Positions 1 through 9,880 of a DNA stretch of 54,878 nucleotides are shown in pieces. This stretch comes from Myxococcota bacterium (GTDB taxonomy: Bacteria; Myxococcota_A; Polyangia; Polyangiales; Houyiibacteriaceae): NCBI GenBank assembly GCA_039030515.1, contig JBCCEA010000027.1, positions 1-54,878 of the forward strand, written 5' to 3'. The position numbers and the translations under genes are program-made. The notes below the pieces were generated by a model. It had not been told where the DNA came from, made no database searches, and was given only the letters and a program-made list of their open reading frames with translations. The stretch's first letter is position 1; every line of letters starts with the position of its first letter.

Positions 1-2
1 CT

Positions 3-878
3 GATTTGGCGCTCGCAAACGATCCAGACGCAGACCGACTGGCGGTGGCCTGTAAAGACGAAACCCGGTTTCGCATTCTGAACGGCAACGAAATCGGTTG
101 TCTGCTTGCCCATCACCTCCTGCGCTCCAAAAAAAACTCACGATCGACGAAAGGGCCGTGCATTCTTTCATCGATCGTGAGTTCTCCGTGGATCTACGAG
201 ATCGGCAAGATCCACCAGTGCCGCGTGGAGCAGACCCTAACCGGATTCAAGTGGATCTCCAATCGAGCCCTTGAACTTGAAGCTGAGGGATACGACGTCG
301 TATTTGGTTACGAGGAAGCACTCGGATACTCGGTAGGTTCGTTGGTTCGCGATAAAGACGGAATCGGAGCCGCCGTGGCGTTCGCGGATCTCGTCGACCG
401 ATGCACTCAGGAGGGAAGAACCCTCGTTCAAGAGCTGGAGAACCTCTGGCGAAGAACAGGTCTGTTCATGTCACGTCAAGTATCTAGGGTGCTCGACGGC
501 GAACAAGGATCCCAAACGATCCGCGAGATGATGCATGCGGTCCGGAGCTGTCCTCCACATCAGATGGCCGATTGGAAGGTAGCCTCGATAAGCGATTTGC
601 AAACTGGACTTCGCCGGTATCCGGACGGCAAGTCTGAGCAGGTGCCTTTGCCTCGGAGCAACGTGCTCAGCATCTCTCTCGAGCCTGGCCACAGAGTGAT
701 GATCCGTCCCAGCGGAACGGAGCCGAAGATCAAGCTGTACTTTGATGTTCGACTGGATTTCAACGAGCGCGATTCGTTTGCACTTCATGAGCAGTACGGC
801 AACTCCGTGCTGGACGCGCTTGAAAGCGCCCTAGAGGCGCATTTCATGGCCCACATGAACACGCCTATGTCTGCCTGA
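3..878 (+). CDS. Phospho-sugar mutase (PGM/PMM family), 5'-truncated by the window edge
   Basis: DPDADR metal-binding loop, GYEEALG sugar-binding loop, RPSGTEPKIK phosphate-binding motif. Confidence 0.93.
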   Translation, partial: DLALANDPDADRLAVACKDETRFRILNGNEIGCLLAHHLLRSKKNSRSTKGPCILSSIVSSPWIYEIGKIHQCRVEQTLTGFKWISNRALELEAEGYDVVFGYEEALGYSVGSLVRDKDGIGAAVAFADLVDRCTQEGRTLVQELENLWRRTGLFMSRQVSRVLDGEQGSQTIREMMHAVRSCPPHQMADWKVASISDLQTGLRRYPDGKSEQVPLPRSNVLSISLEPGHRVMIRPSGTEPKIKLYFDVRLDFNERDSFALHEQYGNSVLDALESALEAHFMAHMNTPMSA

Positions 879-1004
879 CCTACTTGCGCGTTTGGGCAGA
901 CAACCTACTCGACCGGTGCGATCCCATTTCTTCTACCCTTAGAAATCCGGGGAGTGCGTGCTGTGCTGCCCTTGCTGGGCTTTTCTCAAGTCGGTCCGCC
1001 CAAT

Positions 1005-2633
1005 TCAGGGGCGTCGCGGATCCAAAACATAGCCTTTCCTCGATCCGCGTGCCGTCTCGTCACGTTCCTTAGGGGCCTCATTCTTTTGGGTGGGCGCTGC
1101 CAGCTCGACATCATGTACTGAATCAGATTCTTCGGAACGCACCTCGAGCGGAGGCGGCAACGTCTCAATCTGTCTGGTTACAGGCAGGAGTTTTAGGGGT
1201 TCGGGGTTGGTGCTCGTCGGGGTGCGGTTCGCATCTTCCAGGTTGCCGGAGGCATCTCCTAAGGCGAGGGCGAAGACCAACGCCGCAAATGCGAGCACCA
1301 AGAAGAAAAGGAGCCCAATAGGACCAAAGAATCCGTTGATTCGTATTCCCGCAGGAGCTCGGTTCGAGTCGAAGACCGCACCTGTAGGGTCGCTGTTCTG
1401 TCCGCTGTCGGCACTGGATGTTCTGAGCGAAAAGGGCCCCGCCGGTGCAGGACTTGAATTCCGGCCCTCTTCGGCGGCCGCAGGCAGCGGGTACTGCTGA
1501 TAGGCGGGCGGTACATCATCCGAAGGGGCGGCCAGCCCTTCTCCTTGGAACTCTGCGCAGATCACCGTGATGTTGTCGTGTCCACCACCGTTGTTGGCCA
1601 ATTCGATGAGACGAGTCGCCACCGCGTCGAGACTCGCAAATTCTTGGAGTGTCTCCTTGATCAGATCTGCGTGGACTAGCCCACTCAGACCGTCCGAGCA
1701 GAGCACCAAGCGATCGCCTTGGCGAATCTCCAGGAACGTCAGGTCTACACTCACTTCTTCTGTCGTACCGAGCGCCTGAAGGATGATATTCGAATGCTCG
1801 AATGCCTCTGCCTCTTCTTCGGTAAGCTGACCCGCCTCGATGAGTTGGTTCACCAGGGATTGGTCCTTGGTGATCAGAGACAGTGTCGATCCCCGAAGCA
1901 AATAGGCCCGACTGTCTCCCACTTGCCCGATGAACAGGACTTTGTCGACCATACCGGCCACCGTTGCAGTCGTTCCCATACCGCGTCGCGATCGATCTAA
2001 TCTTGCTGCGTTAAAGATGCGGTTTCCCGCCTCCTCGATCGAATGCATGAGTCGGTAGGCGAAGCCATCGCGATCTGCTGGAGGATCGCTACACTCCATG
2101 ACCTCGTAAATCGTGTCGACCGCCATTTGACTCGCAACTTCACCGGCCGCCGCACCACCCATGCCGTCGCACACGGCCAACACCAGGCCTTTGCCGCATA
2201 CGATCGCTTCCTGCTCAGCCCCGTCAGTCAGTCCTGCCTGGCTACGATACAGGTCTGCCACGAGGAAATTGTCCTCGTTGTGTTCCCGGACAAGCCCCAC
2301 GTCGGTCTTCCCAAAATAACGGCACAGAATCTGCGGGACTTCTTTCTGAGTAGCCTCATCATGTGCGCCCGCGGCCGCTTCCTCCGCAGTCGTTTCCTCC
2401 GCGGGGCCAGAGCGCTCTGGTTCGCTTGCAGAATTTAGAGACGCGTCATCCCTATCTACCGCTAAATCGATGACGTTCTTCATATCATCGGAATCAGGCG
2501 CGGGCGTCGAGGCCGCCGAGTTCAGCAAACCACAGACCCCGTCTTCACCACTAGGGTCGTCACTCGGTCCACCGATAGAGTTCGGCGTCGGTCGTTCCTC
2601 GGGAGGATGGCTGTCTCGTTCGACTTCGTTCAT
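1005..2633 (-). CDS. PP2C-type Ser/Thr phosphatase (Stp1/IreP-like) with one C-terminal TM helix
   Basis: TDVGLVREHNED, VCDGMGG, GQVGDSRAY, LCSDGL, GGHDNIT motifs; hydrophobic segment near the C-terminus. Confidence 0.93.
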   Translation of the reverse strand: MNEVERDSHPPEERPTPNSIGGPSDDPSGEDGVCGLLNSAASTPAPDSDDMKNVIDLAVDRDDASLNSASEPERSGPAEETTAEEAAAGAHDEATQKEVPQILCRYFGKTDVGLVREHNEDNFLVADLYRSQAGLTDGAEQEAIVCGKGLVLAVCDGMGGAAAGEVASQMAVDTIYEVMECSDPPADRDGFAYRLMHSIEEAGNRIFNAARLDRSRRGMGTTATVAGMVDKVLFIGQVGDSRAYLLRGSTLSLITKDQSLVNQLIEAGQLTEEEAEAFEHSNIILQALGTTEEVSVDLTFLEIRQGDRLVLCSDGLSGLVHADLIKETLQEFASLDAVATRLIELANNGGGHDNITVICAEFQGEGLAAPSDDVPPAYQQYPLPAAAEEGRNSSPAPAGPFSLRTSSADSGQNSDPTGAVFDSNRAPAGIRINGFFGPIGLLFFLVLAFAALVFALALGDASGNLEDANRTPTSTNPEPLKLLPVTRQIETLPPPLEVRSEESDSVHDVELAAPTQKNEAPKERDETARGSRKGYVLDPRRP

Positions 2634-3517
2634 CGATTCCCCGAATCGCTATGGATATCATACCGGAACAAATGCCGACCGATACGAAACATATCCCCAG
2701 ACTCGAGATTCCATGCTGAGCGGATGCGAAGAAAGGTTCCGTTGAACGACTCCAAATCACCCAACTCGAAGGCTCTAGTCGTTTGGTCGAAAGAGATCAT
2801 CGCATGTCTCCGCGAGAGAAAAGGGTCGTCTGTAAACACGATCTCCCCAATTTCTCGACCAAGCACTGTCTCGTTCCGGTGGATGTAATACATGTCTCGT
2901 CCGATGCCCTCGGTGGTGCACTGAACCAAACGTGCAAACCTGGGTGCTCCCGGAGTACCGAACACAGAAACCCCATGAGCACGCGCGGGGCCAAGAGGAA
3001 GCTTATCATCCGACACTACCTCTAAGCGTAACACCTGCTGGCCGATGAGGATCATATCTCGATCCTTCAACGCATGAGGTCGCCGGAGGCGCACGTAGAT
3101 TCCGTTCACACTGTCGAGATCCTGCAGAACCACATGATCACGACGGATCGTCACGCGTGCGTGGCGGTCTGAAAGATAGGGATCCTCCCGAAGAATCAGT
3201 TCACCCGCAACACGACCGATGTCGGTGTTCGGTACACAGAGCGGAAAAGCTTGACCGTCGGAGCCATCTTTCATGATGGCGACCAGCCTTGACCCGGTAA
3301 GCCCGCCGACCATCGCCGAAGGGGTGTCGGTAAGCGAAGCCGGGTTCACGACGGGGACGCGCTGCGGTTCGGAACCTGAAACCCGATCACCCGTCGAAGT
3401 CTTCTTCAGGGGCTTGGCTTGACGCTCCACCGAGTCCGAGACTCCCAGCTTGCACCCACATTCTTGGCAAAAGATGCTTGTATCCAGATTTGGATAACCG
3501 CAGCTCGGGCACTTCAT
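2630..3517 (-). CDS. Zinc-ribbon plus tandem FHA domain protein
   Basis: CPSC...CQEC N-terminus; two GR..S.RHA..DL.S.NG FHA signatures; stop overlaps PP2C start (ATGA); start placed at MKCPSC. Confidence 0.9.
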   Translation of the reverse strand: MKCPSCGYPNLDTSIFCQECGCKLGVSDSVERQAKPLKKTSTGDRVSGSEPQRVPVVNPASLTDTPSAMVGGLTGSRLVAIMKDGSDGQAFPLCVPNTDIGRVAGELILREDPYLSDRHARVTIRRDHVVLQDLDSVNGIYVRLRRPHALKDRDMILIGQQVLRLEVVSDDKLPLGPARAHGVSVFGTPGAPRFARLVQCTTEGIGRDMYYIHRNETVLGREIGEIVFTDDPFLSRRHAMISFDQTTRAFELGDLESFNGTFLRIRSAWNLESGDMFRIGRHLFRYDIHSDSGNR

Positions 3518-3593
3518 GATGCTGAGAAGTGGACCCTGCCTTGGTGGCGCCGTCAAGTCATGAAGAACGGAGCCCACATGCTCCGGAGCCTCC

Positions 3594-4301
3594 CTAGGGC
3601 GATTGGAATATCGCAAGTCCGATCTGCAAGGTCGTCGCCACGTCTAGCCCAGAACCCACCGAACGCTTCAACCCATCACTGTCCGCCTCAAACTCAGTGG
3701 TCGAGAAGAACCACCAAGAGTTCCCGATGCGGAGGGAGACCTCTGCCGACAGCTCGATTTCGATACCAAATCTCGCTCCGAAAGCCCCCCCGGCGGAATC
3801 CACCCTGAAGCTGTCTCCGAAAAGAAGCCCCCCACCCATGATCTCGACGTAGGGATGAACCATGCGATGAGGCAGCATCCCGTAGCGAACTCCCCCGTAC
3901 AGCAACTGAAGCACGCCAAGCTCGTACACGCCGTTACCGTCGAGAAACCAAAACTCGGCACCGGTCAGAATCGCAAACCCGTTGTTCCACCGCCGCTCAA
4001 GCGATCCACCAATGCCGCCTCCCAACCGGAAGAGACAGCGTGCCCTCTGCGCGTCTTCTCCCGCACCCACCGTGCCTGGGCAGAGCTGATCGTTAGACAC
4101 GGGCATCACCAGTGGCGTGTGGACCTCGCCAACCAGCACGGACGGCTGCTCACGCGGCTTAGGCGGTAACTGAAAGGACGCGTCGTCCTGGGCCAGAGCG
4201 CTTGAGTGAGAACATCCAACCCACAGACAACATGAAATCAAAGCAGAGGCGGCGGGCCTAAGCGCTCGAGCGCTCAATGTAAGTACGGGAAACTCATGCA
4301 T
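3594..4301 (-). CDS. Hypothetical exported protein, probable outer-membrane beta-barrel
   Basis: Signal-like N-terminus, alternating Gly/aromatic strands, co-oriented with FHA/PP2C genes. Confidence 0.6.
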   Translation of the reverse strand: MHEFPVLTLSARALRPAASALISCCLWVGCSHSSALAQDDASFQLPPKPREQPSVLVGEVHTPLVMPVSNDQLCPGTVGAGEDAQRARCLFRLGGGIGGSLERRWNNGFAILTGAEFWFLDGNGVYELGVLQLLYGGVRYGMLPHRMVHPYVEIMGGGLLFGDSFRVDSAGGAFGARFGIEIELSAEVSLRIGNSWWFFSTTEFEADSDGLKRSVGSGLDVATTLQIGLAIFQSP

Positions 4302-4303
4302 TG

Positions 4304-4331
4304 TTGACAGGCCCTTTGGCGCCTCTATAGT
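4304..4331 (+). promoter_or_regulatory. Sigma70-type promoter for the acidic small protein gene
   Basis: TTGACA-N16-TATAGT about 30 bp upstream of ATG 4363, with GAGGA/GGAG RBS. Confidence 0.65.
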
Positions 4332-4362
4332 AGCGGCGAATATCGTCACCCTGAGGACGGAG

Positions 4363-4722
4363 ATGGAGATCTACCTCGACAAGCGCTCGGTTCGCCAGTT
4401 GCGACTTTCGATTGCAGACGCGATCGAAGAGGGCGACAGCGATACCCTTCGTGAAGACGTCATCGACGCTTTCACGGATGAGCAGATCGAAGAACTTGAA
4501 CGGCGACTCGACTCGGGAGACTTCTACGACTTTGTGTCTGAGATCTTAGACGAGTGGAGCGGGGAAGATGCCGACGAGCTCTTCGAACTCTTGGAGGCAC
4601 AACTCGCCGACGCGGACGTCGACATGAAGTATGCAGCTTCCGAGGGAGACGACGAAGAAGAAGAAGAAGAGGACGACGAGGAGGAACTCGGAGAGGATTT
4701 CGAGTCTGAGGAAGAGCTCTGA
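4363..4722 (+). CDS. Very acidic small hypothetical protein
   Basis: 119-aa ORF with promoter and RBS; D/E-rich throughout with an acidic tail. Confidence 0.8.
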   Translation: MEIYLDKRSVRQLRLSIADAIEEGDSDTLREDVIDAFTDEQIEELERRLDSGDFYDFVSEILDEWSGEDADELFELLEAQLADADVDMKYAASEGDDEEEEEEDDEEELGEDFESEEEL

Positions 4723-4764
4723 ACACACGCTTGCGCGCTCAACCTCCTCACGCTGTTCAACCTC

Positions 4765-5922
4765 CTAACGCTGAAGGGGCGCCTCGCGAAGCAAACCTTC
4801 GGGACATCGCGTCACATGAACTGCTTTGGCTCGGCGAAACGCACTCCCCACTTCAAATTCACTCAGGACACGGCTTAGATATCGGCAACCGCGCTCCGTT
4901 CTGCCGGCTTCAAGCGACATCAAGCCTAGCTCGGTAAGCGCATCGTCTCGCAGCGTGGAGTTTGGAAAGTCGGTGTACGTCTTCATGAAGTAGCGCGCTG
5001 CCTTTTCGAAATTCTCTAGCCGATCTCGATAGATCCGGGCGATCTCTAAACTCGCGCGAGGAAAGGCTGCAAGCGTGTAGCTCCCCACAAGAGTGGTCGA
5101 CTCAGCACGCTGCAGCATACGATCCAGTCGATGCACCGCCCGGCCATAGTGCTCGTGACGAATCTCCATAGCGACGAGCATCCAGATCGCATCGTCCCAT
5201 AGATGTCCCTGCGGATAGGGATGATCGCGCACCAATCTCTCGAGTAGCGCGGTGGCCGCGACATCTTCTCCCGCCTCAAGCTTCAAGCGCGCATGCGAGA
5301 TCAAGAGATTGTCCCCGATCGGGGTGTCTCCAAGCGTTTCATACATCTCGGCCAAGTAACTCTGGGCTGCTTCTAGCGCCTCGCGGCGCCTGTAGTCTCT
5401 GAGCACGTTTTTGAGCGCAGAGCTTGCAAGCCCATGGCTCGGCCAGGTTGCGATCAGGTCCTTCCAAGCGTCTACGGCAACCGCGTGCGATCCAAGCGCA
5501 TGCTGGATACGAGCCGCGTCATAAAGTGCACGCACTGTGCGGCGCGCGACGGGGCGACGGGCGGCCAATCGCTCGAGCACGCGCAAAGCCTCGAGTTTTC
5601 GATCGGCACGCTGCAGAACTCGCGCAAGAAGGTAGAGCGCTTCCTCTTCGTCTACGCGACGACCTGCGTGCTCTGCAGCTTTGCGGAATGAGGCTTCCGC
5701 ATCCGGATGGCGCTCGTGAAGCAGGTGGCGTCTGCCCGCCGCAAAGGCCTCGGTGTACGAGCGGCTTTGAGGGGAACTGATCGTGGGAGGGCAACCCAAA
5801 AGAGTGAAGCATCCTAGGACGACAAGACCGAGCGTGAAGCGCGAACTAAAGGCTGAACGGCAAGCGCAGACGGAGTTTGGTCCTGGGCCGCCTCGCGAGC
5901 TGAATTCTTTGCTAAGCCGCAT
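4765..5922 (-). CDS. Tetratricopeptide-repeat lipoprotein
   Basis: LLGC lipobox-like motif; repeated helical TPR-like units (ALY.LA, W..L...WP, ..YP..DDA). Confidence 0.8.
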   Translation of the reverse strand: MRLSKEFSSRGGPGPNSVCACRSAFSSRFTLGLVVLGCFTLLGCPPTISSPQSRSYTEAFAAGRRHLLHERHPDAEASFRKAAEHAGRRVDEEEALYLLARVLQRADRKLEALRVLERLAARRPVARRTVRALYDAARIQHALGSHAVAVDAWKDLIATWPSHGLASSALKNVLRDYRRREALEAAQSYLAEMYETLGDTPIGDNLLISHARLKLEAGEDVAATALLERLVRDHPYPQGHLWDDAIWMLVAMEIRHEHYGRAVHRLDRMLQRAESTTLVGSYTLAAFPRASLEIARIYRDRLENFEKAARYFMKTYTDFPNSTLRDDALTELGLMSLEAGRTERGCRYLSRVLSEFEVGSAFRRAKAVHVTRCPEGLLREAPLQR

Positions 5923-6036
5923 CTTGACCGTACCCGCTGCGGTCTTCGATCACCACGCCTGAACCTTCCGCAACACTCAAACTCCTGCTTTGCTTGACAA
6001 CATCTTCTCCGCGGGTACATGCCCTCTACTTGGACG

Positions 6037-6075
6037 GCCATCCTAGCTCAGTTGGTAGAACAGCTCATTCGTAAT
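6037..6075 (+). pseudogene. Orphan 5' half of tRNA-Thr(CGT), ending at the anticodon loop
   Basis: Matches 6214-6252 except one D-stem change (GTAGAAC vs GTAGAGC); identity stops after TTCGTAAT. Confidence 0.9.
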
Positions 6076-6213
6076 TCGTCGATGTTAGGTGGTAGCGCTT
6101 TGGTTTGTGTTCGTAGTTCCGGCGGGTTACGCGTCCCGATGACTTTACGTTCTCACATTTTTTCTCACATCCACGAAGGTAGCCGAAGACGAAGTTGAGA
6201 GCGGTTCAGACAT

Positions 6214-6286
6214 GCCATCCTAGCTCAGTTGGTAGAGCAGCTCATTCGTAATGAGCAGGTCACCGGTTCGAGTCCGGTGGATGGCT
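6214..6286 (+). tRNA. tRNA-Thr(CGT)
   Basis: GCCATCC/GGATGGC acceptor stem, GCTCA-TTCGTAA-TGAGC anticodon arm, GGTTCGAGTCC T-arm; CCA not encoded. Confidence 0.96.
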
Positions 6287-6322
6287 CAACGAAAAGCGCC
6301 GCGGCTCACCATGCGCGCATCG

Positions 6323-6600
6323 TCAGCCGCGGCGTTTCACTTTGGTGCGAAGTCTGATGTTGCGAAGTCTGATGTAGAGCTCGCCAAGGTTGGGCGCGAC
6401 GCCCCTCCACACGTCTTCGAGTTTGTGCCGCGACGCGTGTAAGACGGATGCCGCAATCTTGGCCTGGTAGTACTCCGTGGTGGTGACAGACCGGTGCCCG
6501 AGCCAGTCGCGAATGCGCGTCATCGAGAGCGGCTTGCCCCGGGTCCCCGTGGCCAGGTGGCTCCCGCAGTGGTTGGCTCGTACATCGGGGTTACTCCTTG
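6323..6600 (-). pseudogene. Tyrosine recombinase C-terminal remnant, copy 1
   Basis: R..H.CGSHL...IRDWLGHRSVTTTEYY catalytic box II; no N-terminal domains. Confidence 0.75.
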
Positions 6601-6897
6601 CGACGGGCGATTCGTTCTCTTGCGTCGCTGCATCCCGAGCTTTTCGGGCGACGCTTTTCGGGACGAATGTACGCACGCTCGCCTCAGAAATTTGACGGCA
6701 CCGATCGGCCGCGCTCATGTCAAAAATAGGGTTCATCGCCTCTCAGAAGGTGATGAGTCCAGGAGCCTGTCGCTGTTGGCGCAGCGGCGGGTTTCCGTTT
6801 TATGTACTGAGCGTCCCATTAGAATCAGGCCTTGGTAAATGCTAACCTAATGAAATCTAATGTTATTTTCCCACGTAGCACTTGCGCGAGAGCGCGA

Positions 6898-6947
6898 TTG
6901 ACCAAACATTTCATCCGGTTATATTTATAAGTACGGATGTTTTGTTT
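6898..6947 (+). promoter_or_regulatory. Probable abiE promoter overlapped by an inverted repeat (autoregulatory operator)
   Basis: TTGACC-N16-TATATT inside the dyad AAACA-TTT-CATCCG...CGGATG-TTT-TGTTT. Confidence 0.55.
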
Positions 6948-6950
6948 CTG

Positions 6951-7544
6951 ATGCATCTCGACAAGAAAATACGGCGAATGGCCGCCAAAGGGATTGTTCG
7001 GCCCCGAGACCTTGAAGAGCAAGGCATCCCGAGGTCACGTCTCTACGCCCTGCGGGATCAAGGCCTCCTGACTGCGGTGGGTCGTGGGCTGTACACCGTC
7101 GCTGACCCCGACATCACCGAGAACCACACCCTGGCCCTCGTCGCGAAGAGCGTGGACCACGGCGTGATGTGCCTCCTTACCGCACTGCGGTTTCACGGCC
7201 TCACCACGCAGGCTCCTCATCAAGTCTGGGTGGCCATTCACGGCGACGCGCACAAACCCGTGATCGACTACCCGCCGACCCGCGTCGTCCGTATGACGGG
7301 CGAGGCAGTGACCGCAGGCATGGAAAAGCACTCGATCGAAGGAGTCCCCGTACGTGTCTATGGCGCGGCGAAAACGGTGGCCGACTGCTTCAAGTTCCGA
7401 AACAAGATCGGAACGGACGTCGCCATCGAAGCCCTGCGCGACTTCCTCTCACGTCGCGGCCGCAAGATCGATGAGCTCCAGAAGTTCGCTCGCATTTGCC
7501 GGGTGACAAACGTCATGCGTCCGTATGTGGAGAGCATCGCATGA
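6951..7544 (+). CDS. abiEi: Type IV toxin-antitoxin antitoxin, AbiEi family
   Basis: N-terminal wHTH (GRGLY), CLLTAL.FHGLTTQ.P, AKTVADCFKFRNKIG motifs. Confidence 0.9.
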   Translation: MHLDKKIRRMAAKGIVRPRDLEEQGIPRSRLYALRDQGLLTAVGRGLYTVADPDITENHTLALVAKSVDHGVMCLLTALRFHGLTTQAPHQVWVAIHGDAHKPVIDYPPTRVVRMTGEAVTAGMEKHSIEGVPVRVYGAAKTVADCFKFRNKIGTDVAIEALRDFLSRRGRKIDELQKFARICRVTNVMRPYVESIA

Positions 7545-8452
7545 AGAAGGTCCAAAACGTCACGGCGTCTGTGCGGCAGCGGCTGCTCAACCTCTCTCGC
7601 GAACGTGGCGACGACTTCCAACGGATGATCACGCAGTATGCCCTCGAACGTTTCCTGTACCGGCTCTCGGTTTCGCAGCATCAGGACGACTTCATTCTGA
7701 AAGGCGCCATGCTCTTCAGCGTGTGGAGCAACGATCGGCATCGTGCCACGCGCGACCTCGATCTGTTGGGGTTTGGAGATCCGTCTCCTGATCGACTCCG
7801 GAACGTGATCGAAACCATATGCGCAATAGAGACCCAGGAGGATGGCCTCCAGTTCGACACCCGTAGTCTATCTGTCGCTCACATTCGAGAGGACAAGGTC
7901 TACGAAGGTACGCGGGCAACCTTCACTGCCATGTTGGGCCGTGCTCGGATTCATGTGCAGGTCGATGTGGGCTTCGGCGACGCAACCACTCCGCCGCCTG
8001 AGCTCATCGAGTTCCCGACGCTGCTCGACTTTGCGGCTCCGAAGCTTCGCGCCTATCCACGGGAGACGGCTATCGCGGAGAAGTTCGAGGCCATGGTGGC
8101 CCTCGGCATCGACAAAAGCCGCATGAAGGACTTCTACGATATCGCAGTGCTGGCAGGTGAGTTCGAGTTCGACGGCCAACGTCTGCAAGACGCGGTTCGA
8201 GAAACGTTCTTACGTCGCCGAACGAGTGTGCGGAACCGCGAACCCTTGTCGCTTACAGACGAGTTCTATTTGAACGACCACAAAGAGACTCAATGGCGAG
8301 CGTTCGTCGACAAGGGCCAGCTGATGCGCAACACAGACTCCTTGGAAGGAACCGTTCGACTTATTCGCGATTTCATCATGCCGGTCGCGAAGGCAGTTCG
8401 GAGCGGCGAGTCGTTCGCAAAGGTCTGGGTCGGCAATATCGGCTGGCACTGA
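7541..8452 (+). CDS. abiEii: Type IV toxin-antitoxin nucleotidyltransferase toxin, AbiEii/AbiGii family
   Basis: FILKGAML, RATRDLD, AEKFEA, SRMKDFYD; ATG overlaps the antitoxin stop. Confidence 0.92.
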   Translation: MKKVQNVTASVRQRLLNLSRERGDDFQRMITQYALERFLYRLSVSQHQDDFILKGAMLFSVWSNDRHRATRDLDLLGFGDPSPDRLRNVIETICAIETQEDGLQFDTRSLSVAHIREDKVYEGTRATFTAMLGRARIHVQVDVGFGDATTPPPELIEFPTLLDFAAPKLRAYPRETAIAEKFEAMVALGIDKSRMKDFYDIAVLAGEFEFDGQRLQDAVRETFLRRRTSVRNREPLSLTDEFYLNDHKETQWRAFVDKGQLMRNTDSLEGTVRLIRDFIMPVAKAVRSGESFAKVWVGNIGWH

Positions 8453-8487
8453 ACGACTCCGAATTTTCCGGCCCTATTCCAGTTTGT

Positions 8488-9135
8488 TCATTCTTCGAAT
8501 GTGTCTCGTGGCATCGCACGAATGACAGCCTCGCGCGCTCGATGTGTCTCGGGCCGGAACCGCAAGCGGCGCATAGCCCGGGCTTCGATCTGACGGATGC
8601 GCTCGCGGGACAAGCTCAGGATGTCGGCCACTTCTTGAAGCGTGTGTGAGCCGCGTTCGGCCACGTCCAGCGAGCGGGAGCTCTCGAGTTCCCACGGCTT
8701 GAGGTCGGGTTGGTTGAGCAACAACGAGCCGTTCAGCTTTACGTCCAGGTAGAGATGATGTCGGCAACCCACCCAAGGACACGGGCGCGGGCCATCCATG
8801 CAGTCGCCACGCGTGCGAGACCGCGGTACATTCACCTCGTCGATCACCCGGAGCGCGCGTCGGTCCGCAGCGGTAACACACTTGGCGGAAAGGGACTTGT
8901 TGCGTCGCCGCTTGCGGCTTTGTCTCGGAACGTCCGGTGCCTTTTTCCGGACGCCCGTCGACTCTCGATCCGGCTCGCTGGGCAAGGTGGCGGAAAGCGT
9001 GGTTGCTTTGCCAGATTTCCCCGCGCCTTTGATCGCCACCGGCGAGGGACACCGAACGCTTGCTGACGCCAAACTCGGCCGCGGTCTGATCGCATGCTGG
9101 GCGAAGGCGACACGACCATCGCCACCTGGGAGCAC
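8488..9135 (-). CDS. Sigma70 region-4-like HTH protein with Cys/His cluster; start uncertain
   Basis: TLQEVADILSLSRERIRQIE region-4 motif preceded by DC..GPRPCPWVGCRHHL. Confidence 0.75.
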   Translation of the reverse strand: MLPGGDGRVAFAQHAIRPRPSLASASVRCPSPVAIKGAGKSGKATTLSATLPSEPDRESTGVRKKAPDVPRQSRKRRRNKSLSAKCVTAADRRALRVIDEVNVPRSRTRGDCMDGPRPCPWVGCRHHLYLDVKLNGSLLLNQPDLKPWELESSRSLDVAERGSHTLQEVADILSLSRERIRQIEARAMRRLRFRPETHRAREAVIRAMPRDTFEE

Positions 9136-9237
9136 ACCTACATTCTTCGCCGCACGGGCGACTGCTGGCGCGTTTCCCTCACCATCGCCGATGGCGAGAT
9201 GGCGGCATGGGCCGCGCTCGGCGCACAGCTCTGAGTT

Positions 9238-9864
9238 CTAAGTTTCCGGCGGAGCAGTGACCGGCGGTAGTGCTTCGCCTCCCTCGTTTCGTAGCGAAAG
9301 CGGTGTCAGGTCCAAATGGGCTACCAGCCACGTTTCACGTGGGGTGTCATAGATCATGTCAAAGTTCAAAATCGCTTCGCTGAAGTCGACGGTCGTTGTC
9401 TCCTCGTAGTGCGACGCACGAACGTAGGCGCGAAGGGTTGCGGTGGTGGAGGTCTCGTTCTGTATGAGAACTGAGCCAATCACGTGAAGAGAGCGGGGGT
9501 ATCCGGGCGCCGGCGATACCCAGTTGCCTGCTTCTGCGGAACCGGTGACGACGTTGATCCAACCCTCGATGCCTGGGGCAAAGGTCTGATCGCCGCCCAG
9601 AACCTCCGGCAGCTTGAAGGTGATGAAACAGTCGTCGGTGATGTGGTCCACAAGCAGAGCACGTGCGCGCTCCGTGTCGAGGGCGAACATTGCATCCCAC
9701 ACCTGAACGTGGCGACCGGGCACGTTTCGCAGATCGATGCGCCGATGCACGGCGTCAAGCGAGCTCGTGTTGTCGACGAGGGATGTGGAACGTTCGTCGC
9801 AACCCAATGAAAGATGGCAGAGCACAGCAATAAGGAAAAGAACGCGAATCGATCGACGGTCCAT
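9238..9864 (-). CDS. SnoaL/NTF2-like lipoprotein
   Basis: LSLGC lipobox; WD...ITDD and terminal W.V..L pattern of the NTF2 fold. Confidence 0.6.
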   Translation of the reverse strand: MDRRSIRVLFLIAVLCHLSLGCDERSTSLVDNTSSLDAVHRRIDLRNVPGRHVQVWDAMFALDTERARALLVDHITDDCFITFKLPEVLGGDQTFAPGIEGWINVVTGSAEAGNWVSPAPGYPRSLHVIGSVLIQNETSTTATLRAYVRASHYEETTTVDFSEAILNFDMIYDTPRETWLVAHLDLTPLSLRNEGGEALPPVTAPPET

Positions 9865-9880
9865 AGTTTCAACTCTCATT

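Noticed and set aside
6076..6213. Intron in the tRNA anticodon loop
   Set aside because: The insert is followed by a whole tRNA rather than only a 3' exon, and shows no group I core
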